Assembly: GCA_030650095.1 (NCBI GenBank)
Contig: JAUSEE010000036.1
Span: 6,490 to 70,489 of the forward strand
Source: Candidatus Buchananbacteria bacterium
GTDB lineage: Bacteria > Patescibacteriota > Patescibacteriia > 2-01-FULL-39-33
DNA: 64,000 nt
Reading direction: 5' to 3'
Shown here in pieces: positions 45,518 to 53,277 of the stretch. Below the pieces are notes generated by a model, which ran no database searches, had not been told where the DNA came from, and worked only from the letters and a program-made list of their open reading frames with translations. The position numbers and the translations under genes are program-made. Position 1 is the stretch's first letter, and each line of letters begins with the position of its first letter.

Positions 45518-46213
45518 CTAATCTGAGGCAACTCCGTCACCGATAATCACCATCGGACGAGCGCAGACAATCAACTCCTTTTGATAATCCTCGCCATTAA
45601 ACCATTTAATCAGCTTCCAAACTGCTACGGAAGCAATATAGGAAACAGTGGGTGAAATAGACCTGTTAGTGCAAGGCGATTCCTCCGCTTCTTCGTCGCT
45701 ATAAAGTGTACTTTCCCACATCCGAATATCGGAGAGGTTCGATGGTAGAATAGCATAAACCCGGCCGTTGTCAATGGCCATTCTGGTTTCTACCATAAAT
45801 TTAACCGGCAACTTGAATTTTAGAGCGCCGTCCCAAATATCACGGCGTATATCCATGGAATCAACCATTAAGAAAATTACGCCTTTTAATTTGGAATTGG
45901 CGGTTACCGCTTCATTATGAGCGGTAATTCCTATGCCGGTAGCTTCCAAGATTATTTCCTGCAAAGCCTCAACCTTGGGCCGGCCGACATCTTTCAGGCG
46001 ATAAACCTGGTTAGGCAAATTATGATCTTCAACTTCGTCAAAGTCATAAACATGGATATCTTGGACGCCCATCTTAGCCAGGAGATAAGCCACATAACTG
46101 CCGGTGGCTCCGACTCCGATAACATGGACTTCATCTTGGAATTTACCTGGGTCAAACAAATCCAATTGCCGCCAATAATCAACCCTGACAATTTCTTGTT
46201 CTTGATTTGCCAT
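45518..46213 (-). CDS. E1-like adenylyltransferase (ThiF/MoeB/UBA family)
   Basis: Nucleotide-binding motif VHVIGVGATGSYVAYLLAKMGVQDIHVYDFDEVEDHNLPNQ, the E1/ThiF Rossmann signature. Cys-containing catalytic region (…EESPCTN…). Start at MANQEQE (46213) or at an upstream Met (46246) that overlaps the JAB gene. Confidence 0.7.
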   Translation of the reverse strand: MANQEQEIVRVDYWRQLDLFDPGKFQDEVHVIGVGATGSYVAYLLAKMGVQDIHVYDFDEVEDHNLPNQVYRLKDVGRPKVEALQEIILEATGIGITAHNEAVTANSKLKGVIFLMVDSMDIRRDIWDGALKFKLPVKFMVETRMAIDNGRVYAILPSNLSDIRMWESTLYSDEEAEESPCTNRSISPTVSYIASVAVWKLIKWFNGEDYQKELIVCARPMVIIGDGVASD

Positions 46214-46220
46214 ATCTTCA

Positions 46221-47126
46221 TTATTCCAAGGAAGCCCAGATGCCATCCCATTCTCGAACAATATCAAATTCAGCTGGCGGAGAGAAATTGCCATTACTGT
46301 CCTCTGCCGGAACAAGATCGCCTTCGGTTAAGGCCTCTTCTTGTCCCTCTGAATTACCTTCATGAAAAACATGTCTGCCCTTCCGGCGAGTGTAGACTGG
46401 AGACTCTTGTCCCTTTCTATGCCAACGATACATCGGTTGTCCGGGAGCTGGCCCAGAAGACAGACTCTTAATAACTGCCTGTTGATATTGATAATTAGGA
46501 ACTGTCTGAATAAAAACCTCTCTGGAAACTTTTTCCGCCACTTGAGCTTGCCAATATTCCTGCCTTTGAGCGTCAACAGGAGTGTAAATCTGCCAAGGAA
46601 TATCATGCCAAACAACCCCGCGCTTATAATCAAACAAGGAAAATTCAGCCCGGCCACCGCGTCCGAAAATGCCGCGCAGAAACCACTCATTGTGGCTGAA
46701 GAGCTTCATTTGATCATTATCTTGCGATGACGCATCAGTGGAATTGCTCGGATGGACATGGCCCCAAAACAAAATACTGGAGCAAAGTTCCGGATTTTCC
46801 CTGGCTAAATCAGTAAACAAATCAGCCAAGCCGTCTTCGGTCATTTCCGTGGTAGCACCGTGGACTGTCTGATTGATCAAGAAAATCTGTTCTATTAAAA
46901 ACTCATACTCGGCCAAAATCCTGACACTGCCCAGCCAGCCGATTTCATCACTGCCGCTTAATTGGGCGATAGCGAGCATATCGCTGTAGGCTTCGGGTTT
47001 GATAAGAACTTTGGGAATTGATTTTTGGGAAATAGTTGTTTGTCTGGGCTCGAATGGATGGGGAGAGAATGCCTCCGCTCCCGAAGATTTATATTGAGTT
47101 GACGCAACATAAGGATGTTGATGCAT
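46221..47126 (-). CDS. JAB/JAMM (MPN+) metalloprotease, candidate deubiquitinase-like peptidase
   Basis: Exact JAMM motif E-x(n)-HVHPSNSTDASSQD, that is H-x-H-x7-S-x2-D. The start codon overlaps the upstream stop (TGATG). Shine-Dalgarno sequence aaggag 9 nt upstream. Confidence 0.75.
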   Translation of the reverse strand: MHQHPYVASTQYKSSGAEAFSPHPFEPRQTTISQKSIPKVLIKPEAYSDMLAIAQLSGSDEIGWLGSVRILAEYEFLIEQIFLINQTVHGATTEMTEDGLADLFTDLARENPELCSSILFWGHVHPSNSTDASSQDNDQMKLFSHNEWFLRGIFGRGGRAEFSLFDYKRGVVWHDIPWQIYTPVDAQRQEYWQAQVAEKVSREVFIQTVPNYQYQQAVIKSLSSGPAPGQPMYRWHRKGQESPVYTRRKGRHVFHEGNSEGQEEALTEGDLVPAEDSNGNFSPPAEFDIVREWDGIWASLE

Positions 47127-49483
47127 CACTGGGCTAACTCCTTTTTGGTTTTTTCTACCGCCGTCCAATACTTAAATATTTCACTGCCAGCCAGATCATC
47201 CAAATTGACAGTTTCCAAATATTGAATCGCTAGTGAAGTTATGGCCGCAAACTGATATTCGGCGATAAGCTGGGCAATCATTTCTTGAATATTGCCCAAA
47301 CACGGCTCGCCCCTAGAATTAACATGGGGATGGTTAATGTTATAACCATTATAACCGCCGGCGGCCTGCCTGGTGGTATTGAAAAAAAGAAGGCCGCCAT
47401 TAGCACCATCCAAAAATATTTCTATGCGGAATTTGCCGATATCAAAAGTGAATTCTTTACCGGCTTTGTCCTTGCAAGTAATGTAAATATTGTAAGTGTG
47501 CACAATCAGCTTGCCATCCTTGGCCGTAACATTTTCCACTCCTTCAATATCAAAAAGACGATTATACTCGGTCTCAAAACCGGTTTTATCACTGGCTGTA
47601 ATATTTTTCAAAATCTTCAATTTCTGCTGCGCCTCTTTTTCTTGGCGTATTTTATTGACTAATTCTTTCTGTAAAGCGGCAACCGCCTTAGTCCATTCAG
47701 TAATAGACCTACTTAGATCGAGGCTGGCCCTTTCCTGCCTATCTTGGCAGAGGTTAACATAGCCGTCCATCGCCCTTCGGCGACGAATTTCTTTAATCGC
47801 CTTATCGCGCTCAATTTTTTCTGCCGGTGTCTTATTCAGCTCTATTACCGTTAATTCCAAAATACGACGATAAATATCAATCCCACCACTCATTTCCCTA
47901 TAGCCCAAGGGGATATAAATATACAAATTATGGTCCAATAACTCCGCTACGGTAAAAAGCGATTCGCTATCTATAATTTCCACACCCATGTCGATTGGTT
48001 TAAAATACTGCCAACCATAACGACTATTATTAGTACTAAAGCCGAAAATTTTGTCCGGCATATCAACTTTGTCCGATAAAGTATTATTAGCTGGTGCGGC
48101 ATGTAGCCAAATATGGAATAAATTATCATTAATAGGCTGAAACATTTTTCTAAGTCCTTGACAATTATGACAAATAATTTTCTTATTTAAAACCGGCAAA
48201 AGAATGTTCTCGGTCTCGGTTTTCATTTTAGCCATATTACCGACACGGTTAGAATTATTGAAAATAACCACCTGAGGAGCATTAATCAAAGCCAATCTTT
48301 CCTCGGAGCTCAATTTAAATATATTAGCTGTTTCCTCTAGTACCTTTTCCAAAATGGCATAATCATCTGATCTGTCCTTATGGACAGCATCATGGAAAAT
48401 ATAAAGATTATTGCCAATAACCTCGGCTACCGCATAACCCTCTGTTTCTGCTATAACTATGCCCAAACCAGAGGGCAAATAAGACCCATCGGCACAACCA
48501 ATCCTATGACCCCACATTATTGGCGGAGTTTCAACTTCACAATTGCCAGAGGGAGCCGACCAGATATTAATATGCAGAAATCTGCCAGCTTTGTCATCGG
48601 GGATAGGCTCAAAAAGATGTTGGTGAGGCACCCTAACTATGGCGCCATGAAAAATTTCTCTCGGCAATATTCGCTCAATAATGTCTTTCAATTTATCTTG
48701 CACCATTTCGCCATCCCAACTTTTAAAGATAATATCCATCGGCAAAAGCTTTCGCGCTTCTTCAACACTAGCAGCCAAAAGAACAGGCAAATATTTTTTG
48801 ATCTGCTGACTTATTGCCCGGCCATAAACTTCATCCGGACAATTAGGAATTTTTCTAAAACAAATCAGGCGTTTGGTTGGGTAATATTCAATATCAAGCA
48901 ACAAATCACAATCAGTTGTTAATTCGGCTTCAGCCATATTCAAAAATCTGCCCAAAACTATATTGAGCTGATCTGTAACTGGGCTAATACTTAATGTATC
49001 GTCTACAAGACCTTCATGGAAAACAATTTTTTTAACACCGCTGGCCTCAGTTAAAATATCCCTGTATAAATCAGGATAATACTGGGGCGAGAAATGTCTC
49101 ATAACATTGTTTAATAATTGCGCCCAATGATCGCATCTGGTGCCCTTGGGTTTGGAAACTGTCAGATCGGGGTATTGTATTTTTACTTCCTCCACGGGAG
49201 TTTCTTCTGCTATTTCATCAGCCACTTCTTCATCTTCAAATACTGAGAAATCAAAATTAACAGTATTGGAAGGTGCCACTGCCAATTTTACTATACCGGG
49301 AATACTGGTTTCGCTATGTTCAAAAACATCAAAGCCCAAAATACCCAAAGCGTTAACAATATTATTTTGCTCAAAAACCAAACCATTCCAGCCATCAATT
49401 TCCATTTTTACAAAAGATATTTGAGCCACTATGAGTTTTTTTTGCTTTTTATTAGAGACATCTGCAATAAAGAAATTACGCAT
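47126..49483 (-). CDS. Large protein (785 aa) with a C-terminal E2/UBC-like domain, plus about 600 aa of unassigned N-terminal sequence and a coiled-coil
   Basis: Shine-Dalgarno sequence aaaggagaaaactATG. The C-terminus …GYNGYNINHPHVNSRGEPCLGNIQEMIAQL… matches the E2 catalytic signature HPN-x3/4-G-x-[IP]-C-L. First gene of a four-gene operon with translational coupling. Confidence 0.65.
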   Translation of the reverse strand: MRNFFIADVSNKKQKKLIVAQISFVKMEIDGWNGLVFEQNNIVNALGILGFDVFEHSETSIPGIVKLAVAPSNTVNFDFSVFEDEEVADEIAEETPVEEVKIQYPDLTVSKPKGTRCDHWAQLLNNVMRHFSPQYYPDLYRDILTEASGVKKIVFHEGLVDDTLSISPVTDQLNIVLGRFLNMAEAELTTDCDLLLDIEYYPTKRLICFRKIPNCPDEVYGRAISQQIKKYLPVLLAASVEEARKLLPMDIIFKSWDGEMVQDKLKDIIERILPREIFHGAIVRVPHQHLFEPIPDDKAGRFLHINIWSAPSGNCEVETPPIMWGHRIGCADGSYLPSGLGIVIAETEGYAVAEVIGNNLYIFHDAVHKDRSDDYAILEKVLEETANIFKLSSEERLALINAPQVVIFNNSNRVGNMAKMKTETENILLPVLNKKIICHNCQGLRKMFQPINDNLFHIWLHAAPANNTLSDKVDMPDKIFGFSTNNSRYGWQYFKPIDMGVEIIDSESLFTVAELLDHNLYIYIPLGYREMSGGIDIYRRILELTVIELNKTPAEKIERDKAIKEIRRRRAMDGYVNLCQDRQERASLDLSRSITEWTKAVAALQKELVNKIRQEKEAQQKLKILKNITASDKTGFETEYNRLFDIEGVENVTAKDGKLIVHTYNIYITCKDKAGKEFTFDIGKFRIEIFLDGANGGLLFFNTTRQAAGGYNGYNINHPHVNSRGEPCLGNIQEMIAQLIAEYQFAAITSLAIQYLETVNLDDLAGSEIFKYWTAVEKTKKELAQ

Positions 49484-49692
49484 GAGTTTTCTCCTTTTGG
49501 CTGTTTTTATGCCCTAGAACCATTGTTCTAAAACTTTTTTGGTTGTCAATGATCTATCTCCTCTTAAACAAAAAGAGGAAAGGCTAAAAAGACAAAATTT
49601 GCCTGTTTAGCTTTTCCTCCTGATTTGAAATTATGTAACTCTTTACTCTAACAAAATAGGTGATTTATGTCAACCAAAAAATATGTTTTTCT

Positions 49693-49771
49693 GTCATTGC
49701 GAGCATAGCGAAGCAATCCCATTTAATCAAATACGGGATTGCTTCAGTCGCTTAAGCTCCTTCGCAATGAC
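49693..49771. repeat. Palindromic repeat element (GTCATTGCGAGcatagcgaagcaatccc …spacer… gggattgcttcag…CTTCGCAATGAC)
   Basis: 79-bp composite inverted repeat at the upstream boundary of the Ubl/E1/JAB/E2 island. Confidence 0.65.
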
Positions 49772-49802
49772 AATTATTGTTATATTTTATCTAATTTAAA
49801 AC

Positions 49803-49832
49803 AAAATACCCGCTACTGCGGGTATTTTTTAA
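49803..49832 (-). terminator. Intrinsic terminator downstream of the cupredoxin gene
   Basis: acccgcagtagcgggt hairpin followed by attttgtttt on the minus strand. Confidence 0.5.
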
Positions 49833-49856
49833 AACTGTCAATTTTGGCTAAAATGG

Positions 49857-50330
49857 CTATTCTACAATCAGCTGGCCAAACATGCCATTGGCTCGATGCT
49901 GGCCGACACTGCAATAATACTCAAATGTTCCGGCCTGGTCGGCTATAAACTCCACCGTCTTAGATTCTCCGGCTTTTATTTGTCCGGTATTAACGCTAAA
50001 CTCATCTATTAAAAAGTCGTGAAAACCTTCTTGATTGATGAAAACAATTTTCACCTTGTCGCCCTTTTTAACTTTCATTTCTTTCAAAGAGAAAGAATAA
50101 TTGGCGCCCGAAACCGTAAACTCCTTAACCGCCGGTGCTGTCTGGCTGCTATTTAAATTGGTGTCCGGAGTTTCATTATTTGTATTATTATTTTCATTAA
50201 TTATGTTTTGGGACATTGCTTGAGAACCACCTTCAATCGGGCCATTATATGGTCGTTTGTAGAAATAAAAAGCACCAGCCAAGATTATAATAATTACAAT
50301 GATCATTAACAATATTTTGTTTTTTGACAT
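49857..50330 (-). CDS. Membrane-anchored cupredoxin (type-1 copper protein, plastocyanin/azurin-like)
   Basis: N-terminal TM helix. Copper ligands are in the typical arrangement: H (GFHDF), C (YYCSVGQH), H and M (NGMFG). Confidence 0.75.
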   Translation of the reverse strand: MSKNKILLMIIVIIIILAGAFYFYKRPYNGPIEGGSQAMSQNIINENNNTNNETPDTNLNSSQTAPAVKEFTVSGANYSFSLKEMKVKKGDKVKIVFINQEGFHDFLIDEFSVNTGQIKAGESKTVEFIADQAGTFEYYCSVGQHRANGMFGQLIVE

Positions 50331-50348
50331 ATTTTTGAATTTTAAAAA

Positions 50349-50951
50349 CTATTTTATATTTTTATAATACTCATTAACCTGCTCCCAATTGATAACCTTA
50401 AAAAAGGCTTCAATGTATTCCGGTCGGCGGTTTTGATATTTTAAATAATAAGCGTGTTCCCAAATATCCAAACATAAAATAGGACTCTGGCCGCTACTTA
50501 TGGGAGTGTCTTGATTGGGGGTGGTTATTATTTCCAAATCGCCGCCACTTTTAACCAGCCAAGACCAGCCGCTGCCGAATAATTTTAAAGAGGCATCCGT
50601 AAATTGTTTTTTAAATTCTTCAAAACTGCCGAACTTGTCATTGATGCCTTGGGCTATTTCTCCCGCGCAAGGAACATCTTTTTTTAGCACTTGCCAAAAC
50701 ATAGCGTGATTTAGAGCTCCGCCGCCACTGTTTCTAACAGCGGTTCTTATTTCTTCTGGAATGTCACTAAGATTTTTTAGCAGATCTTCCAACGGCTTGT
50801 TTTGCAGATCTTCATATTTTTCCAAAGCCGTATTCAATTTGTCTACGTAGCCGACATAATGTTTGCCGTGGTGTATTTCCATGGTTTTTTGATCAATAAA
50901 CGGCTCCAAGGCATCATAAGAATAGGGCAATTCTTCCGGTGTGTATTTCAT
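50349..50951 (-). CDS. sodA: Fe/Mn superoxide dismutase
   Basis: …YSYDALEPFIDQKTMEIHHGKHY… plus the C-terminal DxWEHAYY motif. Confidence 0.9.
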   Translation of the reverse strand: MKYTPEELPYSYDALEPFIDQKTMEIHHGKHYVGYVDKLNTALEKYEDLQNKPLEDLLKNLSDIPEEIRTAVRNSGGGALNHAMFWQVLKKDVPCAGEIAQGINDKFGSFEEFKKQFTDASLKLFGSGWSWLVKSGGDLEIITTPNQDTPISSGQSPILCLDIWEHAYYLKYQNRRPEYIEAFFKVINWEQVNEYYKNIK

Positions 50952-51038
50952 ATTTTAGAGTTATTAATTATTTTATATTATTTAATCCAAGCGCTGGGTA
51001 GAGATTAAATATTAATTTTTAAAGTTATAATAAAAAGA

Positions 51039-51392
51039 TTAAGAAGCTTTTCTAAACCTTACGCTGAAAACCGGCTCGTAATTATTATCATATTCATCAG
51101 TGATTTTAACCGTCTCCCCTTTCATCAGCTGGCTTAAAGCCATATCGCCCAAAAGTTCGTTATCGGTTTTGATAGCCAATTTTAAGCCATCCAATTGATC
51201 AAGTTCGCTTTTAAATTGTGATTTTATGTCCTGCTCTATTTTCTTTTTCTTTTCTTTTAAAACATTCAGTTCGCCTGTAACATCCTGGTATTCTTTAGAT
51301 GTGGCCAAGGCATCTTTGTAGACCAACTTTATTTCGCGCTGTTCTTTTTTAGCTTCCCTGATACGATTGAAAACTTCTTCTAAATCAGCCAT
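51039..51392 (-). CDS. Hypothetical coiled-coil protein (117 aa)
   Basis: Intact ORF whose product is charged and helical. No motif recognised. Confidence 0.45.
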   Translation of the reverse strand: MADLEEVFNRIREAKKEQREIKLVYKDALATSKEYQDVTGELNVLKEKKKKIEQDIKSQFKSELDQLDGLKLAIKTDNELLGDMALSQLMKGETVKITDEYDNNYEPVFSVRFRKAS

Positions 51393-51514
51393 AAAAATGG
51401 ATTTAATTTAATTTATTAGTAATTTAAGCGACTGGCAGTAAAATACATTTTATCATAAATCAAGGAAGTAAACTACTACGCCCTTACGGACGTAATAGTT
51501 TACAATTCAAGCTT

Positions 51515-51675
51515 CGCTTGTCCGCTGTCTTCTTGGTTAATATTTTGTTTCTGTCATTGCGAGGCACGAAGCAATCCCAGTTGATATAAACATGAGATTG
51601 CTTCACTTCGTTCGCAATGACAAATGAAGACAGCGGAAAAGACTTCATCTATGGGCTAACGCCCATAGTATTTCG
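51515..51675. repeat. Composite repeat: outer inverted repeat (ccgctgtcttc…gaagacagcgg) enclosing a GTCATTGCGAG…CTCGCAATGAC palindrome (51553-51631), followed by the module cttcatctatgggctaacgcccatagtatttcg
   Basis: Nested palindromes. The 3' module is about 90% identical to the reverse complement of 55874-55906. Confidence 0.65.
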
Positions 51676-51706
51676 TGGATAAAATAAAAAAATCCCCAAT
51701 AATCTA

Positions 51707-52162
51707 TTAGGGATTGCGGCCGTTTCTGGCCTTAATGCTTTTCTCTAACTCTTCAATAACATTCTCTATAGCCTTTTTATCGGTCATTTTCCAGCTATCT
51801 TCAATACGCTGTTTCTCTCTTAAAACCGACAATTTTTCACTGCGATTTGAAACCATGGATTTAAGCGATTGATTTAAAATATTACGGGTAAAAGGAGAAA
51901 ACATTTCAAATCTGGCTGCCAAAACAGCCACGATAGCCACTAGTAGGAGCAGGCAGCCCAAAATTTTTATTTCGGGCATGGTATTCTTAACGGTCAAACG
52001 GTAAGTTTCCAGAGGAGTCATATCCAAAAGATCCGGCTGGCCGTTATTTGAACTAATAGTTGCCAAATCAGTTTTGGCTGAAGAAGAATTATAATAACTG
52101 ACAGCCAAAATAAAAAAAACTAAAATCAAAAAGAATAAGCCGGCTAATGTTTTAAAACTCAT
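51707..52162 (-). CDS. Hypothetical membrane protein (151 aa)
   Basis: Two hydrophobic helices. No motif recognised. Confidence 0.45.
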   Translation of the reverse strand: MSFKTLAGLFFLILVFFILAVSYYNSSSAKTDLATISSNNGQPDLLDMTPLETYRLTVKNTMPEIKILGCLLLLVAIVAVLAARFEMFSPFTRNILNQSLKSMVSNRSEKLSVLREKQRIEDSWKMTDKKAIENVIEELEKSIKARNGRNP

Positions 52163-52166
52163 GGGT

Positions 52167-52424
52167 TTAACCGCCCATTATGGTTCTGCTTTTATAAAAC
52201 CACTTGTAAATGCCAAGCAGCCAAACACCGGTATAGACTATGCTCATGACAAATAAAGTCCACTGATGATGATAAAGAGTGGTAAAATACCAGAAAGGCT
52301 GGTGCGCTAAGCCAATAACATTGCCCCACTTGTTCTTAAGGCAAGAGAGCATAAAAACAGCGCCTAGCCCAAAGATAAAAATGCCAACCTGGGAAATTAA
52401 ATCAACTATCTGCCAAATGTCCAT
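52167..52424 (-). CDS. Small polytopic membrane protein (85 aa)
   Basis: Three hydrophobic segments. No confident family call. Confidence 0.45.
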   Translation of the reverse strand: MDIWQIVDLISQVGIFIFGLGAVFMLSCLKNKWGNVIGLAHQPFWYFTTLYHHQWTLFVMSIVYTGVWLLGIYKWFYKSRTIMGG

Positions 52425-52450
52425 AATTCTTCTCCTGGTGGTAGATTATT

Positions 52451-53110
52451 TTAATCATTGTTAAGTATCACCAGATCGGCTTGTTCCATCTGCGGAGCAA
52501 CATATTTTTCATAATAAGGCTCAACCCTTTCAACAATAAACAACAGAGTATCTTCCGGGGAATCATGAAGAACACCAGTATCTCTTTTTATCCGACGGGC
52601 AATTCTAACCTCATCATCGGCGGTGATAAATATCTTAATCGCCTCACTGATATCACCCATAGCACTGATAACAAAAAGCCCCTCGGTTATTACTACCGGC
52701 CGAGCTATCACCGGGCGCGTGGCGCCCGACAGCCGCTTATTGGTTTTTTTATCGTAAACCGGGCTGGCTATTGATTCGCCGGAAAGCAAGCGCTTAACAT
52801 CGCGGTTAAACTCATCCAAGAGATAAGACTGGGGCAGATCAAAAATGGCTCTGCTATGATCATCAAAAGGGAAAGCGGGATAATCAATGTCTTTATAATA
52901 ATCATCAAAATTAAGCACCGATGTCTCAATGCTAAGCCTGGCCATAATTTCCGCCAGTTTTTGAGCCAACAAGCTTTTTCCAGAACAACTGCCGCCGGCT
53001 ATAGCCAAAAGAACCGGGCTTGTTCTGTTTAATTGATGCAAATGAACGTCAATTACATCAACAACCACATGCAAACCTTGATCAAAACCGTCAATAGACG
53101 AGCGTCCCAT
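52451..53110 (-). CDS. P-loop kinase of the uridine kinase / phosphoribulokinase family
   Basis: Walker A motif LLAIAGGSCSGKSLLA, followed by DDYY and other family blocks. Confidence 0.65.
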   Translation of the reverse strand: MGRSSIDGFDQGLHVVVDVIDVHLHQLNRTSPVLLAIAGGSCSGKSLLAQKLAEIMARLSIETSVLNFDDYYKDIDYPAFPFDDHSRAIFDLPQSYLLDEFNRDVKRLLSGESIASPVYDKKTNKRLSGATRPVIARPVVITEGLFVISAMGDISEAIKIFITADDEVRIARRIKRDTGVLHDSPEDTLLFIVERVEPYYEKYVAPQMEQADLVILNND

Positions 53111-53277
53111 ATCTTTAAGCCTCCTTGGTTTTTTATAATTTTTTCAATGTGCGAATATTGAATAATAACACTTTTTACAGAAAAGTCAAAATAAGACAAC
53201 TCTTAACGCCCAATTTATTTTTATTTTGTTAAGGCATATGTGTTATAATTAACTTTATCATAAGGTTTGATAAAAAT

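Noticed and set aside
44757-45521. 254-aa plus-strand ORF spanning the Ubl gene
   Set aside because: It is antisense to the Ubl gene (which has a Shine-Dalgarno sequence and beta-grasp motifs), has no Shine-Dalgarno sequence, and reads through the terminator and repeat region.
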